A stretch of DNA of 64,000 bases. It comes from Burkholderiales bacterium. GTDB taxonomy: Bacteria; Pseudomonadota; Gammaproteobacteria; Burkholderiales; JAHFRG01. The notes under the pieces were generated by a model. It had not been told where the DNA came from. It saw only the letters and a list, made by a program, of their open reading frames with translations, and did not search any database. The stretch is taken from contig DASPRE010000090.1 in NCBI GenBank assembly GCA_035624615.1, forward strand, positions 682 to 64,681, given 5' to 3'. Position numbers and translations under genes: made by a program. Positions 6,727 to 14,958 of the stretch are shown piece after piece; within the stretch, counting starts at the first letter, position 1; each line of letters starts with the position of its first letter.

Positions 6727-9207
6727 TCAGGCTGCGCCCATGACAGTGGTCAGATCTTGGTCGGGCGAGTATTCGCGCACAGCCCGTGGTAAAGCGAGAT
6801 GGAAACCGTGGCGATCGGCGAGCGCGAGCATGTGATCCACTTCTGCCAAGGACACGTTGTAGCCAACACCAAAATTACGAGTCTCACCCGACAGGGCTAA
6901 AAGAATTGTTTCCGCCAAACAGGCCAGCGTGACGCCGGGCGGCAAGTTATTGAGATTTCCGACTCCAAACTCGGTATTGGGATCCGGCAACGCGACCTGA
7001 CCGCCATCAAAAACAAAAAGATCATGTCGGGCGCGAATTGCGGCAGACGTGTCGGGCGGCTTGGCCACGTCGCAGATGATCGTGCCTGGCGCGAGCGATG
7101 CGGCTTCAAGCGCCGGGCGAGCCGCGGCTGTAGCAGTCAAAATGATTTGGCAGTCTTTAAGTACCGAAATGTCGTTAGCAATTTCGACCGCCGGCAGTCG
7201 AGTTCTTAGCTCATCGGCCAGGGTCTGCAGCGCTTTTACTGGCCGGCTCGGGTTGCCAACCAGAATCAGGCGCCGGAGTCGCTCGCGCGCAAGCAAGCGC
7301 GCACAAAGGCTGCCAACCGACCCGCGGGCGCCAACCACGGCTACGCAAGCCTGGCTGAGGCGCAAATGCCGCGCATCCGCCGCGGCCAGGATTGCTTTTA
7401 CCGCCATTCCCGCGGTAAGCGCATTGCCGGTGGTAATTGCAGGTCCCCGTCCGCATGCTGAAAGGCCGCGTCGGCTATAGGGGGCGGTATGCCCGCCGAG
7501 GCCGACAATGCGTGCCCCTAGGCTTGCCGCCAGATCAACCGCCCTATTTATATCCTGGGCGGTCTCGCGTATTCCGCGCAACGCCATTTCCTCTGGCAGG
7601 ATTGGAAGCGCTAAGATGAGTCCGTCAACGCTCTCGCCAGTAGCCGAATGGATGGTAGGGGCACGCATTACGACTCCGGGAGCCAATGCGCTGGTATAGG
7701 CGCACACGCGCCGCAGAACCGCATCATTGAACCCGTGAAGCGACGGGTTGGTTACCTCAAGATCCTCAGGGCGTGTGTAGTGACCCAGCCACGCGTACTT
7801 TGGCTTCGGAGCATCTTTGGGTAACCGTGTAGGTAATAGCGGGGCAGGGCCCGGATACGCGGTGTGGACTGCGAGGGGAAAGCCGTCGAACGCGCCGATT
7901 GCCCGCAGGATGGTACCGGTCGTGTCTTGCTGCAGCGCCTGGAAAACTCCATCGATCGCTTCGAGTGCCATCTCCAATTCGTGCTGCGAGATGATGAGAG
8001 GAGGTGTTATCCGAATAACATCGGAATTCCCGAGCGTTGGAAGGACCAGGACAGATCCTAATTGCGCTACCGTCGCCGCCACTGCATAGCTGTATAAACC
8101 CTGATTCGCGAGAAACGACAGGAATGTGCCCTGATGTTCTGGAGGGGAGCGCAACTCGATTGCGCTCATCAGCCCGCGACCACGCACGGCAGCTATAATC
8201 TGCGGATAACGTGTGGCCATCTGATTCAGGCGCTGCAACAGAATCCCGCCCCGCCGACTCACGTCTGCGCAAAACCCGTCGCTCGTCAGTATTTCCAGTA
8301 CCTTCAAACCGACTCGGCAGGCAACGTTATTGTTGGCAAACGTGGAGGAGTGTAGAAGCGAAAACTGCTCGTCCCAGAACTCCAGCGAGCTGAAACAGGC
8401 GCTGAGCGGGAATAAGCCCCCACCAAGCGCCTTTCCAAGCAACAGCACGTCTGGCTCGATCCCATCGTGTTCACAGGCGAAAAGTCGTCCAGTCCTGCCT
8501 AGCCCAGTTTGAATTTCGTCCAGGACCAGCGCTACGCCGTGCTGTGAACACAAACTGCGGACTCGCTTAAGATAACCAGGTGGTGGAAGATGAACCCCGC
8601 GCTCCCCCTGGATGGGCTCAAGAAAAAAGGCGGCAATTTTATTCCCGTCGCGGCTTAATCGGTCCTCCAATGCATCCGTGTCACCGAACTCAATAAACTC
8701 AACACCGGCCGGCGATGGGCCAAATGGTTCTGCGTATTGCCGCTGTCCGGTAAGCGCGAGGGCTCCCATGGTCTTGCCATGAAAGGACCCGGTCGCAGCC
8801 AGAATGATGGATCGGCCTGCACGTCTTCGGACCAGCTTGATCGCCGCCTCAACGGCTTCCGCACCCGAAGTTGTAATTATTCCGCGGGACAGATTTCCCG
8901 GGGCCAGTTCGGTTAGCGCATGGGCGAGTGCTTCAGCGTGACGGGCTCGATAAGGCTGAATCATGGCCGGTTCGCCACTGTCCAGCGCGGCACGCGCCGT
9001 CTCTATTATTTGGGACGCATTGTGTCCAAAAGCCAGCGCCCCGTATTGAGCATAGCAGTCCAGGAAATGTCTGCCGTCCGCATCGATGAGCCAGACCCCA
9101 TCGGCATGCTCCCACATACGGTCCATTCGTAGCAGCGCGAGCAGCCGGCGAAGTGTCGGATTGAGTCGACTGAGGTTTGTAGCCTCACTTTGCGCTCGAT
9201 CAAGCAT
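6727..9207 (-). CDS. Fusion of a class III PLP aminotransferase and an acyl-ACP (thioester) reductase-like domain
   Basis: N-half: SGAEAVEAA, FHGKT, EPIQGERG, DEIQTGLGRTG, GKALGGG (PLP Lys). C-half: LGARIVGLGG, TTGNALTA, VAVVGARGSVG, CDVAKPPD, TLACLAETILLAL, matching the cyanobacterial AAR pattern including the catalytic Cys. RBS GAGG upstream. Confidence 0.85.
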   Translation of the reverse strand: MLDRAQSEATNLSRLNPTLRRLLALLRMDRMWEHADGVWLIDADGRHFLDCYAQYGALAFGHNASQIIETARAALDSGEPAMIQPYRARHAEALAHALTELAPGNLSRGIITTSGAEAVEAAIKLVRRRAGRSIILAATGSFHGKTMGALALTGQRQYAEPFGPSPAGVEFIEFGDTDALEDRLSRDGNKIAAFFLEPIQGERGVHLPPPGYLKRVRSLCSQHGVALVLDEIQTGLGRTGRLFACEHDGIEPDVLLLGKALGGGLFPLSACFSSLEFWDEQFSLLHSSTFANNNVACRVGLKVLEILTSDGFCADVSRRGGILLQRLNQMATRYPQIIAAVRGRGLMSAIELRSPPEHQGTFLSFLANQGLYSYAVAATVAQLGSVLVLPTLGNSDVIRITPPLIISQHELEMALEAIDGVFQALQQDTTGTILRAIGAFDGFPLAVHTAYPGPAPLLPTRLPKDAPKPKYAWLGHYTRPEDLEVTNPSLHGFNDAVLRRVCAYTSALAPGVVMRAPTIHSATGESVDGLILALPILPEEMALRGIRETAQDINRAVDLAASLGARIVGLGGHTAPYSRRGLSACGRGPAITTGNALTAGMAVKAILAAADARHLRLSQACVAVVGARGSVGSLCARLLARERLRRLILVGNPSRPVKALQTLADELRTRLPAVEIANDISVLKDCQIILTATAAARPALEAASLAPGTIICDVAKPPDTSAAIRARHDLFVFDGGQVALPDPNTEFGVGNLNNLPPGVTLACLAETILLALSGETRNFGVGYNVSLAEVDHMLALADRHGFHLALPRAVREYSPDQDLTTVMGAA

Positions 9208-9527
9208 GATAGCTCGCCTCGTTAACCTCTCCCCGGTAAATGCGGTCGATTGCGACAGAGGAGATTTTGTCCAGCAATGTGTAGGCGCGGATGCGGTAGC
9301 CGACGAATATGGTTAATGCCCGCCAGCAAGGCGAAAACGCGTGTGTGAAAGATGGAGATTTCAGAACCGAACTGAGCCGTTGCCAAAAACCACGAGCAAC
9401 TGAATGGCGTTTGAAAAAAATGAAAATACATGCGCCTCCTAATATTGTGGCCTTTGCCGCCACCAGCGATTGCGCTGGGTTTGGCCGTTACTCTGTCACA
9501 TGGCGCATTACGGATGGGTAACGATTC

Positions 9528-9584
9528 GGTTACAGATTGCTTACTTACTTGCGTACCACCACGACTTGTAAGCGATCTGTAACC
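9528..9584. promoter_or_regulatory. 17-bp inverted repeat in the divergent promoter region of the cluster
   Basis: GGTTACAGATTGCTTAC (9528-9544) and GTAAGCGATCTGTAACC (9568-9584) are 16/17 complementary, with a 23-nt spacer. Confidence 0.6.
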
Positions 9585-9668
9585 AATATGTTAGCGATTG
9601 GTATGTCGCGGTTTGGTACCGTGGGCGTCGCGAATAGAACATCCCGATGGACTAAATGCAAAATCAAG

Positions 9669-11006
9669 ATGGCTGTTAGCGCAAGCCGAATTCAGAACGC
9701 GGTCGAGTTACTGGAATATGTAGCCGTCAGTGCCGGCATGATGTTCGGGGCTTCTTGTTTTCTGGTCCTTGGATTTATCGCCGAGGCCAATTCCGTCCGC
9801 AACATAGCCCTGGCGATCACCATTGCGGCAACCTTATGTATATCTACGGCTCTTGCCGTTGGCGAAATGGCCAGCCGCTTTCCATCGGCACCCGGAATTC
9901 GCACCTACATTAAATGTGCGTTTGGGGATGAGATCAGCCTCTTTTTTACCTACCTGTCGCTGTTAGTCGCCATTCTTTTCGCGGGAATTGAGATCAAGGT
10001 GTTTTGGGACGCAGTGTTGCCGGGAACTTCCCCGCATGCACGCGCCGTAGCTACATTCGCTATGATTGGCGTTCTGGGCTACCTGAACGTAACAGGACGC
10101 GAACTGCCGCGCCTTATTCAGGTGCTGATTTGCTCAGCGCTTGTGGCCGGGACTACTGCCGTATCGTGGGTTGCCATGACCCGAATAGACGTGGCGCTTG
10201 CCTACGCGCCAACCGGCCCGCAGGCATCATTCATATCCGCCATCGGCATTGCCTTCTTTGTTTTTATCGGTTTCGAATGGGTGACGCCAGCTGCCAAGTC
10301 GCCCGAGGCGTCGCGACGACTCATACCAATAAGCATGATTATTGCAATTGCGACACTTGCGATTACGTACCTGTTGTTTGCGGTGGCTCTGAATTTGGCC
10401 TTGCCGAGCGCCGATTTGCTGCAATCCAAAATACCTCACGTGTCGCTCGGCGGGCGGCTGTTCCCCGATCATGGAGCGCTGATAATGCAATGCCTGTCCG
10501 TTCTGGCATTGGTAACCATACTAAATGCGGGAGTCATTGGCGCGTCCCGTCTGCTTTATTTCCTGGGCCGGGACCGATCATTCTTTAGGTGGCTAAACGA
10601 GCGCTTGTCGATCCTCAATTCTAAAGGCGTTTCTTCCGCGAGCGTTGTGCTGCTGTGCGGTCTGTGCCTGCTTTCCTCACTATTGGAGATTTATCTGGAC
10701 TCTACCCAAAACATCGCTGAGCTGTGCGCCGGCCTCTACTGCTTGGTCTACTGCGCGTTCGTTGCATCACATATTCGGCTGCGCAAACAACCCGTAGATA
10801 GGGTTTTATTTCGCAGCCCTTTGCCCATCGGCCTTTATTATGTACTAGCCGCCATCTTGTTAATGCTTGGCATTGCAACGTTTCTTGGTTCAGTAGACCA
10901 CATTTCAACTAGGCTCCCGTTGCTCACGCTGATTGTCTTTCTGTCCGGTGCCGCTGCTTTTTACGTGGCCAAGTCAAGGCGTCTAGCAACATACCGAAAG
11001 ACGTGA
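9669..11006 (+). CDS. APC-superfamily amino acid/polyamine permease
   Basis: About 12 TMs; GMMFG, GEMASRFPSAPG, FFVFIGFEW, GASRLLYFLGRD. Start re-called at ATG 9669 (the ORF track extends to 9537). Confidence 0.85.
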   Translation: MAVSASRIQNAVELLEYVAVSAGMMFGASCFLVLGFIAEANSVRNIALAITIAATLCISTALAVGEMASRFPSAPGIRTYIKCAFGDEISLFFTYLSLLVAILFAGIEIKVFWDAVLPGTSPHARAVATFAMIGVLGYLNVTGRELPRLIQVLICSALVAGTTAVSWVAMTRIDVALAYAPTGPQASFISAIGIAFFVFIGFEWVTPAAKSPEASRRLIPISMIIAIATLAITYLLFAVALNLALPSADLLQSKIPHVSLGGRLFPDHGALIMQCLSVLALVTILNAGVIGASRLLYFLGRDRSFFRWLNERLSILNSKGVSSASVVLLCGLCLLSSLLEIYLDSTQNIAELCAGLYCLVYCAFVASHIRLRKQPVDRVLFRSPLPIGLYYVLAAILLMLGIATFLGSVDHISTRLPLLTLIVFLSGAAAFYVAKSRRLATYRKT

Positions 11007-11018
11007 AAAAACATTGCC

Positions 11019-11387
11019 ATGTCCGCAAAATCATCAGCGCTGGCTTTGCTAGAAACACTTGAAAAATTTCGCTCGAAAGTAAACGGCGATTCTCGTTTGA
11101 CGAATATTTTGCGAGGTTGGGAGCCAGTAATTATGCTCGAGGCGCTGAACACGCAGTGGAAGCGATATCTTCCCGTTCACGAATGTCACATTACCGAGAT
11201 CACATCGGACTTCAAGGATGCTTCGCATGTTGTCCGATTGCGATCCTCGGAGGAAACATTGATTGCGATTTTTGAAGGTAGATACAATCCAGTGGAGGCA
11301 TTTTTGAACGGCGAATTAGAATTATTTGCGACCGACAAGGACCAGCTTAAGCTAGACGCCATCAGCCTGCTGCTGTGGGGCATATAA
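11019..11387 (+). CDS. SCP2 sterol/lipid-carrier domain protein
   Basis: 122 aa; the C-terminal VRLRSSEETLIAIFEGRYNPVEAFLNGELEL pattern is typical of SCP2 domains. Confidence 0.7.
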   Translation: MSAKSSALALLETLEKFRSKVNGDSRLTNILRGWEPVIMLEALNTQWKRYLPVHECHITEITSDFKDASHVVRLRSSEETLIAIFEGRYNPVEAFLNGELELFATDKDQLKLDAISLLLWGI

Positions 11388-11421
11388 ATCGTACCATTTA
11401 TCATTGAATCGGGAACCCATA

Positions 11422-12369
11422 ATGAACTCCAGCAATTTAAACCGGCCGGCAGGCGCCGAGGCCCAGCCCAATCGAGCGACACCGACATATAGCGTTCAAA
11501 ATTGGGGCAACGGCAGGTGGGATATTCAGCAGTGGCTCGAACGAACCGCATGGCGAACGTTAAAGGACACAGAATATGGGCGTCCCAGGATCGAGAAGGG
11601 CATCTTGCCCGAGCTATTCAGCGATGGGCTGCTGCGACAGGTTTGTTTGATCGATATCGCCACGTTTATTGAAGCAGAGCGGACATCATTTGAGGCAGTG
11701 GCCGGCCTGCTGCGCTGTGCTCCGGATGAGAACAGTAAAGTTTATCTCGGTACCCAGGTAATGGACGAGTGCCGGCATTTTGAGGTGTTTTGCCGGCGCA
11801 TGGCTGATTTTGGCATTTCTCCCGAAGAGCGCAACAAGCTTGTTAAACGTTTTGCGACTCCCGCGATCAGGAAATTCTACGACTTGGTACTCGAGCAGGT
11901 GGATAAACGAGACTTTATTGCAGGCTGCTTGGCGCAGAACATAGTGATGGAAGGCATGTCCTATCCGGTTTATCGATATGAGATCAAATACTGGTCAAGG
12001 ATCGACTCGTCTTTAAGTCAGATCATTCGTGGTGCTTTTGCCGATGAAGTACACCATGTTTCTTATGGAGAAGCGATCATCAAGCATCACATAAAGGGAC
12101 TTGATCCATCCAAGAAATCGAAGCTACAGGCTCTAATAAGCGAATTTTCCGGATTGATGACGGAGGCGTTTGAGCAGGTAATCAGTCACTATATTGGCTT
12201 GTACCAGGAATGTGCGAACGAGCATATGTCACTGATGGCCAATATCGAAATTTTTCCGGGAAGGCTTATATCTTCGGTTTCGGAAGAAGATCAGGTCCGC
12301 CTGCTTCTTGGAGAGATAAGGCGTGAACATGCTCAACGTGCAGCTCGAATCGGGCTTTCCGCAAGTTGA
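11422..12369 (+). CDS. Ferritin-like non-heme diiron enzyme, VlmB-like
   Basis: Two E...ExxH repeats: FIEAE / TQVMDECRH and VMEG / ADEVHH. ATG at 11422 with an upstream GGGAA (the track starts at TTG 11404). Confidence 0.8.
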   Translation: MNSSNLNRPAGAEAQPNRATPTYSVQNWGNGRWDIQQWLERTAWRTLKDTEYGRPRIEKGILPELFSDGLLRQVCLIDIATFIEAERTSFEAVAGLLRCAPDENSKVYLGTQVMDECRHFEVFCRRMADFGISPEERNKLVKRFATPAIRKFYDLVLEQVDKRDFIAGCLAQNIVMEGMSYPVYRYEIKYWSRIDSSLSQIIRGAFADEVHHVSYGEAIIKHHIKGLDPSKKSKLQALISEFSGLMTEAFEQVISHYIGLYQECANEHMSLMANIEIFPGRLISSVSEEDQVRLLLGEIRREHAQRAARIGLSAS

Positions 12370-12510
12370 TCCGGGAAGGTTTCTCGTCTGGCCCTCGGCG
12401 CATGGACTCGGCGAGCAATATTGCGGGTCACAAGGTGCCTCGTCACATAGATTCGTAATTACTTTGGGCTGGCCGACTGCCGGGCAAACACGTTTTCAGT
12501 AATGGCATCC

Positions 12511-13941
12511 TCAGGAAGTTGCCCGACGTCCTTGGGCAACCGATGCAGAAGTGGCAGCGCACGCAGCGCGATCGGTTTCATCGGTAAGTGCACGCAATCG
12601 GTCGCTGATTTGCACCGGATACGGCGAACTTCGGTCTAGCGTTCTCAACGCGGCCGGCAGTCGTTGCAACGCGGTCTCGCAATAAGTTCGCGCCGCAGTG
12701 AGAGATGGTGTAGGTGCAATACGCTTTCCGGCGCGCATTACCGGCATAATCAACGGTACGCCCTCGCATTGGTCGCCTTCAACGGTTACCACGTCACCGC
12801 TCGCATGCCCAGCCCCGTCGAAGCGCCGAAATACCTGCTTTCGCCCGGGCCACGTAGCCTTACCCTCCGAGCGTTTCCTGCGTGCGCGTCCTGCGTACTC
12901 TTGCAATTTGTACGCGCAGTCTAGAGCCGGCGCATCCTCGGAAGTTACCAGGCTGGTGCCAACGCCAAATCCATCAATAGGCGCTCCCTCTGAAAGGATG
13001 CGGTGGATGAGTTGCTCGTCGAGACCACCACTCGCGAAGATGCCGATCGCGTGCAGGTTAGCGTCATCAAGGATTCGTCGCACGCGCCGCGCATGTTCGA
13101 CAAGGTTACCGCTATCGATTCGTACTGCACGGATATTGATACCGTCGTGTTGCAGCTTGCGGGCCAATTCAACAACCTTCGCAGCCCCGGCTTCAGTATC
13201 ATAGGTGTCGATCAGCAGCACGGCGTTTTCGGGATAAGCGCGGGCGAAGCGTTCGAACGCGAACAACTCGTCGTCATGCGCCTCGATGAACGAGTGCGCC
13301 ATGGTGCCGTAAAGCGGAATGCCAAAGCGCTTTCCGGCGAGCGCGGTAGCAGTTCCACCGTACCCGGCGAGATAACTCGCGCGAGCAGCGAGCAGGCCAG
13401 CCTCGGCGCCGTGGGCGCGACGCAGCCCGAAGTCCACCAGCAGTTTTCCCGGCGCCGCCAGCACCGCTCGCGCAGCTTTTGAGGCAACCACGGTTTCGAG
13501 TTGCAGCAGCGCCACGATTCGTGTCTCCACTAGTTGTGCCTGCGGGAGCGCCGAGGTCACGCGCAAGATGGGCTCGTCCGGAAAGAAAGGTGTGCCTTCA
13601 GGCATGGCATCTACGTCGCCAGTGAAACGTAATTTCGCCAGCCAATCTAGAAATTTGGGACGGAAGCGGTACTTTGTCTCGAGCCAAACTAGTTCATCCT
13701 GGGTAAAGTGAAGGTCTTCCAGGAATTCGAGCACCTGCTCCAGGCCCGCGGCAATGAGAAAATTTCGGTTTAGCGGCAGCTTGCGTACGAAGAACTCGAA
13801 CACGGCTGTATCTTGCATTCCATACTCGTGATACGCCGCGAGCATGGTCAATTGATAGAGGTCCGTCAACAGTGCACTGGCGCCAGGGTCCGGGGCCACG
13901 GAAACTTCCTGGACAGCGAAGGTTGAAGAGCCTGACTTCAT
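12511..13941 (-). CDS. pncB: Nicotinate phosphoribosyltransferase
   Basis: LLTDLYQLTM, DFGLRRAHG, GTMAHSF, LLIDTYDT, VRIDSG, FASGGLDE, FGVGT. Confidence 0.95.
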   Translation of the reverse strand: MKSGSSTFAVQEVSVAPDPGASALLTDLYQLTMLAAYHEYGMQDTAVFEFFVRKLPLNRNFLIAAGLEQVLEFLEDLHFTQDELVWLETKYRFRPKFLDWLAKLRFTGDVDAMPEGTPFFPDEPILRVTSALPQAQLVETRIVALLQLETVVASKAARAVLAAPGKLLVDFGLRRAHGAEAGLLAARASYLAGYGGTATALAGKRFGIPLYGTMAHSFIEAHDDELFAFERFARAYPENAVLLIDTYDTEAGAAKVVELARKLQHDGINIRAVRIDSGNLVEHARRVRRILDDANLHAIGIFASGGLDEQLIHRILSEGAPIDGFGVGTSLVTSEDAPALDCAYKLQEYAGRARRKRSEGKATWPGRKQVFRRFDGAGHASGDVVTVEGDQCEGVPLIMPVMRAGKRIAPTPSLTAARTYCETALQRLPAALRTLDRSSPYPVQISDRLRALTDETDRAACAATSASVAQGRRATS

Positions 13942-14552
13942 TTGTTGTCCCCACCCGCACTTGCCGCCACCGCACCTAGCCCGCGCATTTCCTCCTCAGC
14001 GCGAGCTCCGTCCCCGGGATGCACGTCGACGGCGCGAATGGCGTCACGCAGCAGGACTACCTGATATCCAAGCGCCAACGCATCTTTGACCGTATTGAGC
14101 ACGCAATAGTCGGTGGCGAGTCCTCCGACGAATATTCGGCTGACTTTGCGGCTGCGCAGGAATTGGTCGAGGTCGGTACCCGAGAAGCCGGAATAGGCAT
14201 CGCGATCGGGACCCGTGGCTTTCGATACTACGCGAACGTCAGTCGGCAATTGGAGCACCGGTGCGAATTCCGCGCCAGTGGAATTCGCAATGCAATGCGC
14301 TGGCCACGGACCGCCAGCGCGCTGGAACGAACAATGGTTGGGAGGATGCCAATCGCGCGTTGCGACCACCGGCAGCCCGAGATCGGCAAAGTACTTAATG
14401 AAACGATTTAACACCAGGATAATCTCGTCCCCTTTGGGCACCGCAAGCGGCCCGCCAGGCAGAAAATCATTCTGCACGTCAACGATGACCAATGCGTCCC
14501 CCGGGGTAGGGGCAGGCTCCGCGTTGTTATCCGCACGTGGGTCGGGCAGCAT
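13938..14552 (-). CDS. pncA: Nicotinamidase/pyrazinamidase (isochorismatase family)
   Basis: VDVQNDFLPGG, TRDWHP, WPAHC, YSGF, GLATDYCV. Start re-called at ATG 14552; ATGA overlap with pncB. Confidence 0.92.
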   Translation of the reverse strand: MLPDPRADNNAEPAPTPGDALVIVDVQNDFLPGGPLAVPKGDEIILVLNRFIKYFADLGLPVVATRDWHPPNHCSFQRAGGPWPAHCIANSTGAEFAPVLQLPTDVRVVSKATGPDRDAYSGFSGTDLDQFLRSRKVSRIFVGGLATDYCVLNTVKDALALGYQVVLLRDAIRAVDVHPGDGARAEEEMRGLGAVAASAGGDNK

Positions 14553-14654
14553 CGAATTGTCAGTCGGTCTGATATGGTGATGTTTGTATTCCCGTTTCGT
14601 CGGGAACGGGTGCCCCACTAATAAAAGGCATATGGTGTCAGAGTACAGCGCGAT

Positions 14655-14668
14655 TTGCGCGAGATCAA
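14655..14668 (-). promoter_or_regulatory. FNR-like box upstream of pncA-pncB
   Basis: TTGAT-CTCG-CGCAA on the minus strand, an 8/10 match to TTGAT-N4-ATCAA, about 100 bp upstream of the pncA ATG. Confidence 0.35.
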
Positions 14669-14799
14669 CCGCGATGCGAGTTGACAAAGACCCCGGCACA
14701 CAAACCCCAAGAGAATCTGGAAAATGCCGTAACTCCGCTCGGAATTCATGATAAAAAAATTCCATTTTGGGCCGGAACACAAAAATCTAAGGCTCTGAT

Positions 14800-14815
14800 T
14801 GTGAATTACTTCACA
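14800..14815. promoter_or_regulatory. CRP-family binding site
   Basis: Perfect TGTGA-ATTACT-TCACA (TGTGA-N6-TCACA) in the AT-rich divergent region between pncA and the kinase. Confidence 0.7.
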
Positions 14816-14958
14816 GTTTTTTCAAAAGACTCACTGCTAGATTAGCAAAGCGGGTTGTAGCAACGAAGCCCGTCTTAATGCGTACCCGGGTTTGAGATTC
14901 TTGCGGAACAAAGAGTCCGAACCGCATGGCGCAATAAAACTAGTTCGACGGGAAGCAA

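Noticed and set aside
9222-9431. 69-aa minus-strand ORF with AGGAGG upstream, ending 15 nt before the fusion gene (possible leader peptide)
   Set aside because: The SD-ATG spacer is only 3 nt and the peptide has no recognisable features; it cannot be supported without ribosome profiling.
11422-12369. Diiron protein as aldehyde-deformylating oxygenase partnering the AAR domain for alkane synthesis
   Set aside because: The AAR domain is fused to a transaminase that would consume the aldehyde, and the motif spacing and neighbours fit VlmB better. It is not fully excluded without an alignment.
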